Below are positions 49,450 through 62,335 of a stretch of 64,000 nucleotides of DNA, piece by piece. The stretch is from positions 36,704,001 through 36,768,000 of the forward strand of contig CM052837.1 in assembly GCA_028534125.1 (NCBI GenBank), read 5' to 3'. The notes below the pieces were generated by a model. The model was not told the DNA's origin. It did not search any database and was given only the letters and a program-made list of their open reading frames with translations. The stretch is from Lama glama (taxonomy: Eukaryota). Position 1 is the first letter of the stretch, and the number at the start of each line of letters is the position of its first letter. A program made the position numbers and the translations under genes.

Positions 49450-51384
49450 CTTTTCTTTTTCCTTAGGTTTATTTTTAAGTTTCCATCCAGTAAAAGTCAC
49501 TCTCCATGTGACTTTTGTTTGCATCCATGAGCTTTGACAAATCCGCAGTCCTGTAACCACCACCTCCAAAGACACAGCCCCGTCCTGTCGCCCGGTGGAG
49601 TCAGTGCGTACCCCCCACCCCCGCCCCGGCCCCTAGCAGCCGTGCTCTGCTCCCCCCACCACCGCCAGCCCTGGGCCTGACTCAGGGCCACGTAAGAGGG
49701 CCCTGGCATCCTTCGCTTATGTAATGCCTTGAGGCTCATCCGTGCCGTGCCCGGGCCAGCAGCTCCTTTTCTGCGTGGAGCAGGAGTCCGTTGCACCGAT
49801 GGCCCGCCATGTGTTTATCCATTCACTGGCTGAAGGACACTTGGGTTGCTTCCAGTTTAGAGCGATTACGAACAAAGTAGCTGCCAGTGTTCACGCGCGG
49901 GACTGCGTGTGAGCGCACGCTTTCGTTCCTCTCGCGTGACCACTTAGGAGTCGGATCGCTGGGTCGTCCTAGAGTGTATTTAACTCGGGGGGAAATTCCA
50001 AAGTGGGTGTGCCCTTTTGACGGCCCGCCAGCGACGCGGAAGGGCCTGTTCTCTGCCTCCCGGCCAGCGCCGGGGCTTCAGTTCCTGGTCAGGTTTTTTG
50101 TTTTCATTTACCCGTCCTGGTGGGTGTGCAGTGGTGTCTCGTTGTGGTTTGAGTTTGCATTTCCTGGATGGCTCATGACGAAGTGTCTTTTCAGGCGCTT
50201 ACTTGACACCTGTGTATCTTCTTCGGCAAAGCTGCCTGTTCCGGAGGTTTGCGTGTTTTTTACACTGGGTTGTTTTCATACTGTTGACTCTGGGGAGTTC
50301 TTAGATTCTGCACACAAACCCTTTGCCGGATAGGTGATCAGCAAGTGCCTTCTCCCCTCGATGGCTCTCCTTTGCGTTTTCCTAACACTGCGTGTCACAG
50401 AGCAAACGTGGGAACTTTGATGACATCCGGCTCATCAAAAAAGCCGTGGGCCATGCTTTTGGAGTTGTGCCTAACCCCAGGGCACAGGGCTGTTTTCCTC
50501 TCTCCTGCTCTAGAACCGCTATAGTTCTATGCTGTATACTCAGGCTTACGACCTGTTTTGAGTCACTTTGTGATGGGGTGTGAGAGACGGGCGCTTTCTC
50601 TGCATAAACATGTCCAAAGGATCAAAGCCACTTGTGGAAAGATGGTCTTCTCTCCTTTGAAGTTTGTTTGCATCTTAATCAGAAGCCGCCTGACCGCGTG
50701 TGCGGGGCTGCATCCAGACTCTCACCGGCCCCTTTGGCCCCCGTGCCTCTGCCGTCCCCAGTCCCCGCTGCCTTGATTTCTGTAGATTTGTAGGAAGTCT
50801 TCCAAGTACCATGAGTCCTTCGATTTTGTCCTTCTTTTCCAAAATCGCTTTGGCCACTCTAGGTCCTCCGCTTTCTGTGTGGATTTTGGAATTAGCTTTC
50901 CAGTATCGACAGAAGAGCCTGCGTGGGTTTTGATTGGGATTGTGTTCATCTGTAGATCAACGCGGGGAGACCAAGGTGGCGTCTCAACACCGAGCCTTCC
51001 AACCCACGCAGACACTGCGTCTCTCCGCTTACGCAAGTCTCTGGTTTCTCCCATCCGTGGTAGTCTTCTGTGTGCAGACCCTACACCATGTGTTTTGATA
51101 CATCTGTATCTAAGCATTTGTATTTGGGGAGTTACTGTGCGTGCACTTCGAAAATTCTTTTCTGTTCCCAGTTTCTCACGGCAGCTTGTCTAGCCCTGAT
51201 CGATGTTTAGTTACTGACCTGGTAGCTTACAACCATGACACACACACTTACTCACTCTAGAGCTTCCCTTGTGGGTTCCCTGGGATTTTTTTACGTAGAC
51301 AGTGATGTTGTCTGTGAATAGAGGAAGTTTTATTTTATCCCTTCCACGCTGCATACCTTTAATTTCCTTTTACTGTCTTATTGT
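49450..51384 (-). mobile_element. Old L1M element: 3' UTR and ORF2 remnants
   Basis: Minus-strand AKAILEKKDKIEG resembles L1 ORF2; gtttatccattcac..gaaggacacttgggttgcttccagttt; ttttgattgggattgtgttcatctgtagatcaa. Confidence 0.85.
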
Positions 51385-52135
51385 ATTTTTTTAAAAATGT
51401 TAATCAGCTGTATTTCAACTTTAAAAATAGTTGATTTACAATGTTGTGTTAGTTTTTGTTGTCCAGCGTAGTGATTCAGCTATATACATGGATATTCCTC
51501 TTCATGTTCTTTTTCATCATAGGCTGTTGCAAGGCACTGAATAGGGTTCCCTGTGCTGTACAGTGGGTCCCTGTTGTTTATCTATTTTACGTATAATAGT
51601 GTCTGCAAATCTCAAACTCCCAAGTCATCCCTCCCCACCCCTTTCCCCCCGGTAACCATAAGTTTGTTTTCTATGTCAGTGAGTCTGTTTCTGTTTTGTA
51701 AATAAGTTCATTTGTATCATTTCTGAGAGTCCACATATAAAAGATATCATGTGGTATTTGGCTTTCTCTGTCTGACTTCACTTAGTATGATCATCTCTAG
51801 TTCCATCCATGTTACTGCAAATGGCATTATTTCAGTCTTTTTCATGGCTGAGTAGTATTCCATCATATAAATATACGCCGCAGCTTCTTTACCCAGCCAT
51901 CTGTTGATGGGCCCTCAGGTTGCTGCCATGTCTTGGCTGTTGTAAACAGCGCTGCTGTGAGCACTGAGGTGCATGTGTCTTTTTGAATTAGAGTTTTCAT
52001 CTTTTCCGGATGTATGCCCAGGAGTGGGGCTGCTGGATCATGTGGTAACTCTAGTTTTAGTATTTTAGGGACCCTCCGTACCGCTCTCCGTAGCGGCTGC
52101 CCCAGTGGACACGCCCACCAATACTCACACACCTG
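51385..52135 (-). mobile_element. Younger, 5'-truncated artiodactyl-type L1 nested in the older L1
   Basis: Minus-strand LKLELPHDPAAPLLGIHPEK...DTCTSVLTAALFTTAKTWQQP..PSTDGWVKK = L1 ORF2 C-terminus; typical 3' UTR (tagttgatttacaatgttgtgttagttt) and T-rich tail. Confidence 0.9.
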
Positions 52136-52347
52136 ACGCTTCTCTTGCTCGCTGCCCACCTCGAGGCCGACTTCCCGTGTCTTTTTTTCTTATCGGCGGG
52201 TCTCATCCTAGCTCTCTGCCTCCCTAGTGCTTTTTCACTTACACCGGACCCTGTGGACGACACACTGAAGAGACTGGACACTCTTACCCCCCTTTGAAGG
52301 GTGTCAGCTCTTACTTTAGCAGGCTGCTCAGTTGCAGACTGACAACC

Positions 52348-52460
52348 TTTTGTGGGGGGGTAAGTGTGTTTTTCTTTATTTTTAGTAGAGGTCCTGCGGG
52401 TTGAACCCAGGACCTTGTGCAGGCTGGGTGCACACTCAACCGCTGAGCTGTACCCTCCCC
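52348..52460 (-). mobile_element. tRNA-derived SINE, camelid Vic-1 type
   Basis: Reverse complement GGGGAGGGTACAGCTCAGCGGTTGAGTGTGCACCCAGCCTGCACAAGGTCCTGGGTTCAACCCGCAGGACCTCTACTAAAAATAAAG...TTACCCCCCC, with A-box and B-box (GGTTCAACCC). Confidence 0.8.
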
Positions 52461-53125
52461 GCAAGACAGATCATCTTGAACCTGTGCAGGCCCGGTTTTC
52501 ACACCCCAGCCGTCCTACCCTAGAAGGACCCGCGTCTGGGCTGAGCCTCCTGCGGGGCTTTTGTCCGTTTGCGGTTGGTCTTAGTGAGGGCGGGCCTAGG
52601 CTCAGCCTCCCTCTAGGGCGTGGCCCTCACGCCTCAGGTGTGGGCTCGCGGGCGCCTCGGCGGGTGCTCAGTGTGTCACGGAGGCCCCTCCTCCCCCCTC
52701 CAGCTCTGCCGGAGTGCCAGCTGCCCTCCCACAAGCCCGTCAAGGGTCCGGTCTGCGCACACGGCCCAGGCGGCCCAGGGAGGGCCCCTTGCCGGCGTCT
52801 GAGGCCCCACCAGGCGGGCCCCCCTCCCCAGTGCCTTGTTCTGCAGCTGGAAGCCCCTCCTGCAGCTCCAGGCTCTGACTTCTGCCTCTTTAGCTGGAGT
52901 AGCCACGCTCCACCCAGACCCCAGCTCCTAATGTCACGATCAGGATGGTGTCCCCAAGAAGAAAGCTGGGTGACAGTGGGGCTCAGCTCGCGACTTCCTG
53001 TCTCTCAGAGACGGCAGTCGCCCTGTGGCTTGTCCAGTGTCTGAAAACAATGGCCTGATAAATTGTGCCCAGTTCTATGGTTGTTTATGACAAGAGAGCT
53101 AGTCCAGGACCCCAAGTGGAAGTCA
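52461..53125 (-). mobile_element. Ancient L1 (L1ME/L1MD-like) 5' region relic
   Basis: gtccagtgtctgaaaacaa..ccagttctatggttgtttatg..ggaagtc resembles old L1 5' termini. Confidence 0.55.
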
Positions 53126-54964
53126 GCAGTGGATTTTAAACACTGCCTACTTTCAAAAATATCTGAAGCAGCTTATGACAAAGGACTTGGTTCAAAGGGA
53201 TTATTAAAACAATGTTGCAAAAGAATACATAAAAACAAACACAGCTATCCTAGAAACAAAGTTGAAGACAGCCGCCGTGTTTGAGTAAATCTCGTGCCAG
53301 CGCTTAGGAAAAAGTGCCACGTTATTTGCACTTAAACATTTTTAGCTTACTGTCTGCTACAAGGTGGGTCTATCGTAAACTTCAATAGCTCTCCCCTGAC
53401 ATATTTAAAGGTTAAGAGCATTCTTCAGCCAGTTCTGTGCTCTTGTAACTCAAAAGCAGTTCTATTAAAAAACAAAACAAAACAAAATCACGCCACTTCC
53501 AACTTCCTGAAGTTCGGAGAGTCTTGGGGTTATCTGGGAATATTTAAACTGTAAACCTTTTTCACACTCTTGCACACAGAAAGTCCTGTTTAGGGATTAT
53601 TAAGCTGCAACTGCCCAGCGCGGGCTGCGGGGCGTGTTATCTGGAGTGTAATGTCCCAGTTGTTCGGCAGGACCACAGACCTCCAGCTCCCAAGGGTCAG
53701 GAGGGAGGGCCGGTGCATCTGGGCCGTGTCACTTGGGAGCCCCGCACGTCGAGCCATCCAGGACATGCTGGTCTGGAGCCAAAGACTCGCTCATCTGTGA
53801 ACCGGTCAGCTTCGGGCCCTGTGCCCGACAGGATGTGCACCGTCGGAAGCGCCTGTCGAGGGTCACTATTTATTGCCCGGGGATGAGGCAGAAGCCGTTG
53901 CATCTGTGCTGACCCCGTCTCCTGATCTTGGCCCCGAGCCGCTCCCGTCACTACCGGTCCCTCCCAGGAACCCCTAAAAGGAAGATGCACAAGTTGGGGC
54001 AGAAGTCCTTCCCTCCCAGGGACCCTCTTGGACATACAGTCCAGAGACAGCTCCCCCGAAGACTGTCCACAGTGCGGGAAGCCCGTCACACCACCCCTTC
54101 GCTTTCCCCACCCCAGTGATGGGCGGGGGGGAGGCAGGTCCAAGGCTCAGCAAAGCGCTCTCTCCGGTGGCCTCCGTGTCTGCCCGTCTCCCCATCACAG
54201 CAGGTCAGGAGCACGGGCACCACCGGCCAGGGCAGGAGGTAGAATGGAGAGGCCCGTGAGCCTGGGTCAAGCAGCTGAGTCATGGCAGGTCCCGTGCTGA
54301 CGTCTGCGGTGTTGCCCACGTGGACTCTGCAGGAGGTGGGAGGGAGAGCGGCCAGCCCTGAGGCCCTTCTGTCCGCAGAGGCTGGCAGTATGCCTGGGTC
54401 CCCAGTTCCGCCCAGCCCCAAGGCCCATTTTGCCAAGGTGGACCTGAGCCACACCCGGGGAGACATCTGCTCTGCCCGAGGCTGGACGGTGTTTGAGGGC
54501 CTGGAAGGGGCAGGTCTCCTGGGGGCTCTGAGGACAGCAGGCTCTTCACACCCTCAGAGACCCGGAAGATTGGGAGCAAACACCAGCCAGCCACAGCGAG
54601 CTGCCGAAACAGTCAGGCACCCCAGCCCAGGGAAGCTTTCTAAACAGCAAGGCGCCTCCGAGGCCCCCACCCTGTCACACTCGCCTGCAGACTCGACGCG
54701 GATAATTGCAGGGCACTTAGACAGGGTAACACCCGTTAGACTTCCTGCAGTTCATTTGCCTGACAGCTTGTTTAAGAGACGCCGTGTAACGTATTAAAAA
54801 TACCTACGTCTGTGTCAGATCTGGAGGTCGGCTGGAAGCCGCCCAGAAGGCTTCCCGTTAAAACCCCCAGGAGCAGGTGCTCGTGTTTGGAAAAGCTCTA
54901 ACCCCAAACACCTCTTGTACTTCTGTTTGTCACAAAGGCCATGGGTCTCGTGGACAGATGAATC

Positions 54965-55370
54965 CTGGGGTCATGGCAACAGAGGACCACAGACCAGGCC
55001 ACTCAAAATGACAGAAGTCTATTCTCTCTCAGCTCTGGAGGCCAGACTGCAAAGGCAGGATGTGAGCAGGGCCAGGCTCTCTCTGGAGGCACGGGGGACA
55101 GTGCTTCCTGCCTCTCCCAGCTTATGGGGCCCCAGGCATCTCTGTCTGGTGGCCACCTGCCTCCCTCCTCTGCCTCTGTTGTCACATGGCTTCTCCCCTC
55201 TTTGGGTCTTCCTAAGGGCACTGTCATTGGATGCGGGGCCACCCCAGTCCAGGACGGCCTCGTCTTAAGAGCCTTAACTGCATCCACAGAGACCCTTTTT
55301 CCAAATAAGGTCATGTTCACAGGTTCTGAGGGTTAGACTGGACGTATCTCTTGGGGACCTCCAGCAACCC
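54965..55370 (-). mobile_element. MLT1 (B/C-like) MaLR LTR
   Basis: cagctctggaggccag..cttcctgcctctcccagct..taagggcactgtcattgga..ttttccaaataaggtca. Confidence 0.8.
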
Positions 55371-58300
55371 CGGTAGTCCATGCTGCAAGGGACCAGGGCC
55401 GGCTCTCCCCGACAGAAGGCTGCCCCTGGCGAGCTGCCTGCCTGGGCCGTCTCGCCCCGGGCACAGACACTGAGCTCTCTCCTGAGCACTAGCCGGTTCC
55501 CCGGTTCCAGGCAGGAGCCAGCGCGGGGGCCCCTGGAAATGCTGGAGGAGGAGCAGAAAGGGGCCGGATGCAGACCTCGCAGCCTCCAGCGAGACTGCAC
55601 GGGACAGCCTCAGGGCCGGCCAAGACGAGGCCTTCCGTGTCCTCAGTCCAGGAAACGCCCCTGAACCTGCTGCCAGGATGCGGCCCGGGTAGGGGTGGGG
55701 CTGGGGGAGGAAGGGGGACGCGGCCAGGCAGGCTGAGGAGCCCCTTTCCCACATAATCCCACTTGACCCTGTGGTGACCCCGTGAGGCAGGAACAATGAG
55801 CCCATCTTTGCGCCGAGGCGCAGAGGGGCTGGTGTTAGGCGGCAGCTTTCTGTCCCCTCTCCCAGATCCCCTCCGCCCTCTCTGTCCTGCCGGAGACGCC
55901 GAGCCCAGCTGTCCACGTTGCTGGCCCTGCCCCAGCCAGGCGAAGCCCATGGGAGGCGCCGGAGGGGCAGAGGGCGGGGGTGAACTCGGGGCCCGTGCTG
56001 CCCCGTCTCGGCCCTGCTGCGCGGCGGCGCCGTCGCCCTGCACGGCCGTGGGTTCCATCCCTGCAGCTCCCTCTGCCCCTCGGGCTCCCCAGGGTGACCC
56101 TCAGAATCCTGCCTCGCCCTGGCCAGCTGTCCCCTGGCCCACACCTGGTCAGGCTGTCCCTTGGCTGGAAGCTCTCCAGTTGCCTGTGGGAGTGTGCTGG
56201 CTGGTTCCTGCTGGCTGGTTCCTGCTGGGTCCTGCCCAACGCTGTGATGAGCCAAAGTTGAGCTCAGGTGGATGTGCTGACCACACATGAGCCCCCTGTA
56301 GGGGGACAGGTGCCTGTGACAGTCAAGGGGGGTGAGAGGGGGGAGCAGCTGCGGCAGGGATGGTGTGGCGAGGTCTGTGGCTCCCGGGGCCATGTTTTCT
56401 ACTCCCAGCCAGAAACCTTGAGCACACCCGTGGGGTCTCTGAGCCTGGGCCAGGGTCCACGAAGGTGGCCCCTAGTGCCCCGGGAAGGCCGAGGGGACTC
56501 GTGTGCAGAACAGGCCTGGACTTCCTCCTGGGACCCGGCAGCTGAGATGGCTCTGATCTGAGTGGCTGGTGTGGATGCGGGACCCTGGTCAAGAGGCTGC
56601 ACTGGCCGCAGGATGGGCCGGGAAGGGGGTGACGGGCAGGGAGGCTGGGCTGCAGGCAATTCCCAGGCGCATGGGTGCCCTGGCCCCTGACTGGAGCTCC
56701 TTGGCCCAGGCACAGGAGGGCTCCTGGTGGCTCTGCCTTAAGACCCCAAATCCCTGCTCCGTCTGCCAGAACCCTGGTGGTTCCGGAAAGAACCAGGAGC
56801 TCCCCTCCCTGTCCTGCCCCCAGACAGGGGCCCAGAGGAGCTGCTGGGCAGCCGCCCAGGGGCTGGGGTCACCGGCAGCCTCGTGGCAGCCCAACGGGGA
56901 GCGTCTGGTTGACATTTAAAGCATTTAGAGCCGACCCCTGCCCTGCCTGGGCCGGCTTCTGCTGAGTTTTAATGGAATCCTTCCCTGACCTTTTTAACTA
57001 ATTCACAAAACAGATGGGGCACCCCTGGGTCGACTCCCCGACATTCTTCCAGATGCTGTGAGCTGGGGTCATGGTGCAGGAACCACAGGTAAAACCCAAG
57101 CACCTTTGTGCCAGGAATCAGACAGAAGCAGATCTCCAGGGAGGCCTGGTCTCCAGGAGCGGCCACTCAGGCCACAGCTGCCTGGGAACTTCCACTTCTA
57201 CTGCCAATAAATTAAACTTATTTTCGTTCCTGCTGCTCTGGACAAACAGCCACTGTCAGAGAGTGGAGCCCAGGAGGGCGGGCTGTTCAGGAAGGAAACC
57301 ACAGGGGTGCCGGAATTCGGCAGGCCCCAGGCGCCCCCTTTCTCCACACTCTGTGGCCCTCCCGTGAGATGCAGCCGGCAGCCCCCACCGCTGCACGGGG
57401 GCCTGGGGGGACCCCTGACAGTCCCCTGAGGTGCTGGCTTTTAGAGCAAAGGGGAACACTGTACGAACATTGAGGAGTTTGTTTACTGATTCGGGGCTCA
57501 AGTGGGGCTGTCTCCACAAATAAGGGGGGACCACCTACAGTGCAAAGCCGGATGTCTGCTCGTCCCTTAACCACTGAATGAGGTGACAGACGCTGGAACC
57601 TAACTACTCCCAACCCCGTATGATGCTCGTGACCCGCATGCATCCCTGCCAGGGCTCAAGGGCCACGCCATCAGCTCTGGGATTGCTTTGAAGGCCAGAT
57701 GCTGTGTCCAGTCGGGAGGCTGGGTCCATCAGCGGGGCTGGAGGCGTGGGCTCCAGTTCGTCAGGAGTGCCTGGTAGTGAGGAGAGGATTTCGGTGTCAC
57801 CTGTGTTCATTGATCCCAAAGGCTCCAGGTGCTCCTGGAGTCCTGGAGAGACCATTGAGTTCAATGGGGAAACATTATTTCATGAAGCCAGGTCAGGTCA
57901 CGTTGGTCCCCTCCCAGGAGTCGTGCAGGCCCCGTCAGCCCATGGTCAGGTGCAGGGCCTCCGTGTACACACACTGCCCCACAGACTTGTCACCGTGGGC
58001 AACCGTGCATGTTGTGGACCCTCTCTGCAGCTGAAACCAGGGCTAGGAGAGAGGGGGACCCTGGGGAGTCCCAGCCAGGCGTTTGCTGGGAACAGGTGGG
58101 TCCACGTGCTGGAGCGCAGTGAGGCACAAACAGCTTGCCTCTGCCCCCGAAAATAAACAAGGCTGTCACTGCCTGGAACCGCGGCTTCCTTCCCTGTGAC
58201 CGGGCCCGTCCAGCAGGCTGGGTTGGAGCCAGCTTCTGCGCTAAGCAGGGCTGCCACGCTCAGCAGAAGCGGCTCTGATGAGCATCCCTGAGGCTGGCCA

Positions 58301-59164
58301 CTGAGCAGTGGCCTGGAGCCCCGGCTGGCAGCGGAGCGACTGTGGCAGGCAGCACAGACGGGGCAGCTGGACGTGGGTTTCCTCAAGGACATGTGTCCAG
58401 GGTGGCTGGAGGGAGCACCTCGGGTGGGAAGAAGTGGACCTTGGACCAGTGGTCATCTCTGGCTGAAAGCTTTTATGGAAAATGGCTCCTGGACCTCGGG
58501 AATCCAGGCCAACCGCCCAGGGCAGACCCCAGTCTGCAGGAGCTTCCAGAGGGCCAGCGGGGAGCTGAGGCACTGCCCCAGGGTGGGCAGGCATGGGTGC
58601 CCAAAAGCTGTCCCGAGGTACCGCTCAGTGCACCTGAGTGCTTCCCAGGAGTCTGAGGGGAGAGGCTCCTGGGCAAGGGCCAGCAGAGCGGGCCACGGGA
58701 CAGAACAGCTGTGTCCTGGGCGGGACCAACCCAGCTCCCAGCTTCCTGCGTGGCTCACCTCGTGTCACAGCAGACAGTGCCAGGCGCAGCACGGCCTCAG
58801 ATTGCCCAAAGCCCACGGTGACGTGGGGCCAAAATAGGGCCAATCCGACTCCTGGCATCCCTGCCAGGGCCCCCTGTGAGGACAAGGAGGAGCGACATTG
58901 CCTTACGAGCAGCTCAGGCTTCCTGAAGCAGCGAAGGCTTCCTGGAGGAGGGGCTGAGAGGCTTTTCAGTCCGGGGGAGGGGCTGGTTTGCTCTTCCCCA
59001 GGCTCTCCAAGCACCTGAGCTTTGATCCCATAGGAGGGAGGCCTGGGCTTCTTGGCTTTGATGCTCTCACCTCCCCGCCATGACCACAGTCCCCTCCTGC
59101 TCCGTTGGGGCCCAGGGTTGCCTCCTCCATGAAGCCCTCCATCCCGCAACCTCACGGCTCCCAC

Positions 59165-59900
59165 GCAGGTATTTCCTCCCAGCCTGTCGCTTCTCATTCT
59201 CTTGGCAGTGCCTTTGCAGAGCAGAAGCTCTAATTCTGATCAAGCCAACTCATCTGCTTTTTTTCTTTTATGGATCATGAAAGATCCAAAAACTCGTCAC
59301 CAAACTCAGGGGCACCTGGATTTTTCTCGTGTGTTATTATGTAGAAGTTTCCGGCCATTCTGAGTTAATTTTTTTAAGATTTAAGCCCCGGCTGTTCCCG
59401 CACCGTTTGTTGAAAGGCTGTCCTCTCTGCGCTGAGCCGCTGTGCGCCTCCGCCAAAGGCCGGCGGCTGTGCGCGCAAGGGCCTGGTCCTGCGCTCCCGG
59501 TCTGCTCCGCCCGCCTGTCGCCGCCTCCTTCGCCATCACGCGCTGGACTGCGCGCTACGGCGCCGTAGGTCCTGGCGTCGGCTGGCGGTCCTCCAGCTCC
59601 CTTCACCCTCAGGGCTGTGTTGGCCATTCTGGTCTTCGGCCTCCTCTCCGTGTAAATCTTAGAATCAGCTTGTCGGTATCTGCGAAGTAGCTTGTGGCGA
59701 TTTTGACTGCGAGCAAGTTGAACCTGTAAGTGAACTTGAAGAGAATGAAGTCATAGCGACATCGAGTCTCCCGGCCCAGGAGCGCGGGCTCCCTCTCCGC
59801 TCGCTCGCCCTTTTATTTTTCCGCTAGAGCTGTGTGGCCTGCCCCCTGTGCACCCTGTGTGTTCTTTGTTAGAGTTACACCTGAAGGACTTCATCTGTGC
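59165..59900 (-). mobile_element. Old L1 ORF2 fragment
   Basis: gcagagcagaag..ttttatggatcatg..gcaccgtttgttgaaaggctgtcct..taaatcttagaatcagcttgtc..gttagagttacacctga. Confidence 0.75.
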
Positions 59901-62199
59901 TGCTGGCTGCACGTGGGGCCGGGCAGGGCGGCCGGATGCATGCTCCCCCCTGCACTTGCTTTGCCTCGCTTCCTGTCGGGGCCGGGTGCGCGGACGTCTG
60001 GAGGACAGGGGAAGACCCTGTGTCGGGATTTGGAAGTAAAGACCGTGGCCCCCAGCTCTTCACGCCGAAAATTTCCAAACTTCCTTCTTCGACTGGCGTT
60101 AGCAGTTAGACCGTTTAAACAGGAAGTCTGCCTGGGGCCCATCACGGGGCGGGTCACGCAAGGGCCGGCCAGGCCATTCAGCTGCCACAGAACTCCAGAC
60201 GCCCCTCCCGGTGTGGACCCCAGGCTCCCTCCGATGGTCCAGCTCACAGACAGGCCACCGAGGCCCTCCGTCAGTGCCCGGGGCCCGTGGGGAGAGCTCC
60301 CGGTGCCCCCGCTCCGTGTCGGGTGATGGGCAGGTGGCGGGTGTGTGTGAGGTGTCCCGGGGGCCCGGGGCCTCGTCCTGCTCCCACGGCCCGGCCGAGG
60401 CCAAGGAAGCCCTCGGTCTGGGTCCGAGCCGCACGCAGCCACCTTTGGCTCAGGAGGAGTAGGGCAATCAGACAGGACGTGGGCGGCCCTGCTCCTCCCC
60501 GTCCCCGCTCTGCCAGAGTTCTCCAGCAGCTTCTCCCCTCCTCCCCGCCCGCCCGCTGGGATCACGGGGGTGGGGGCGGGGTGGCGGCCGGGGTCCCTGG
60601 CTGCTGACGTCTGGGCTCGTGGGCGTCTGCTGGCCCTGCCAGGTCCCTGAAAGAGACGTGGTGGCCCAGCCGGGCTGTGTCCCGGGAGCCGTGGAAAGGA
60701 CAGCCTGCAGGGGAGTCACGTGCTGTGAGTATTCATGCCAGCATGTGACTTGCAAATCCCAAGTCATTTAAATGTCATCAACAGTGTGTGGATGTCTTTT
60801 CGGGATAAGATCTGTCAGAGAAAATGAATCTTGATTACCAGTCACAACAGGGAAACAGCCCCCACGTCCTGGTCCGCATCCCTGTCCTCGCAAGGCGGCC
60901 ACCTGGAGGCACATCGTGTGACCATCCTTCAAAGGCTCAGCCTGGGGGGCGGGGGCTGGAAATTAGTGCTGATCTGCAGAGGGGAAGCTGTGAGTTCCCG
61001 CAGGAGCCGTGGGCTCACACGCTTGCCCACACTCCTCCCCGCGGGCTGTGAGCACCCTGTGGGGGCAGTGGTATCTCTCGGGCAGGGACACTCCAGGCTC
61101 CCCGCGTAGGGCCAGCCAGCGTCCACTCCAGTGCCCCAGGCTGGGAAGAGAAGTCCTAGAGCACGTGGCTGCTGCTGACCGGCCCAGAGCCTCTGCCCGG
61201 TGATGCGGGCGCTGGGGGAGGCTTGGGGAGGGCTCAGCGTGGTGGTCTAGCCTTTGAGACAGAGGGGCACGCCACCCTCCAATGGCTGCTCTTGATCTGG
61301 GGATCTCAGCTGATGAGGGAGAAGGTTCTGGGCTGGGTGAGCAGGCCTCACACGCTGGGCTAGTACCGAAGACGTAATTGCTGTGTGGGCCGAGTGACGC
61401 GTGGTGACAGCCCAGACGTGCTTGCCCATGTCCCTAAGGACAGTGTTGAGAGCCAGCTCTGACCCCCACAGCCACCTTCTGGGCTGGGGACCCTCTACCG
61501 TCCCCGTTTGTGGGTGAGAAGACAGGTTCGGGTGGGGAGGCCACCAGCTCAGCACGCCCCTCCTGGCAGCCATGGGACCCTGTCCACCTCTTGTCCTGGC
61601 TGCCCCCACCCATCCCGGCATCTCGTCCTCGGGGCTTAGCTGCTTGGGGTGACTGGTTCACTTCTGAGTCCTGGCAGGTGACAGAGCAAGAGAGGAGGGG
61701 GCCTTCCCTGGAGCCTTCCCTGCGGGGCAGCGGATCTGTTCACTCACATCTCGGTGCACCAGCATGCTTCGCGGGGATGCCGAGAAGGGGAAGGTCTGCT
61801 TCCGGAAGCTGTGACCCCAAGCGCAGGCTGCCCGGGGGCCCTGGCACTCCTGCGGCGTTCTCGGAGGGGCCTCCTGCATTAATCAGCCCAGCTGTTCTCG
61901 CAGCTTGTTTTATTAGGAAAGACCCCTCCTTGACCTCGTGCAGATTCTCATGCACCCTGTCTGGGCGACGACCTGGGGGCCCGGGGGCTGCTGACCCCTG
62001 CTGACCAGAGTGGCTACCAGGGAGCCAGCCCGATGCCTCCACACGGGCTGTGGGATGGACGCCACCTGGAAACCATTCTGCAGGGCTTCTCCTTAGAACT
62101 CCGGCTGCCCTGTGCGTGCGGGGGCCGGGCCGAATCCACGGGATCTTGAACCACGCACCTGTGATTCAAGAGTGCTCGTAGGAAGGGACGCAGGCCCAG

Positions 62200-62335
62200 T
62201 CTCTCCTGAATGCTTTTTATACTGGCTGCATGTTGGAGCGACAATATTTTGCACAGATTGAGCTCAACAAAATACATTAATGATGTTATGTTCACCTGTT
62301 TCTGCTGTTCTCCGGTGGCTAGAAGAGTTTCTCTC
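62200..62335 (+). mobile_element. MER33-like hAT-Charlie DNA transposon relic (core)
   Basis: tttttatactggctgcatgttggagcgacaatattttg..aaaatacatta..ttcacctgtttct..gtggctagaa. Confidence 0.6.

Noticed and set aside
52380-52460. Possible tRNA gene
   Set aside because: Degenerate stems and a SINE-type tail; it is a tRNA-derived SINE.
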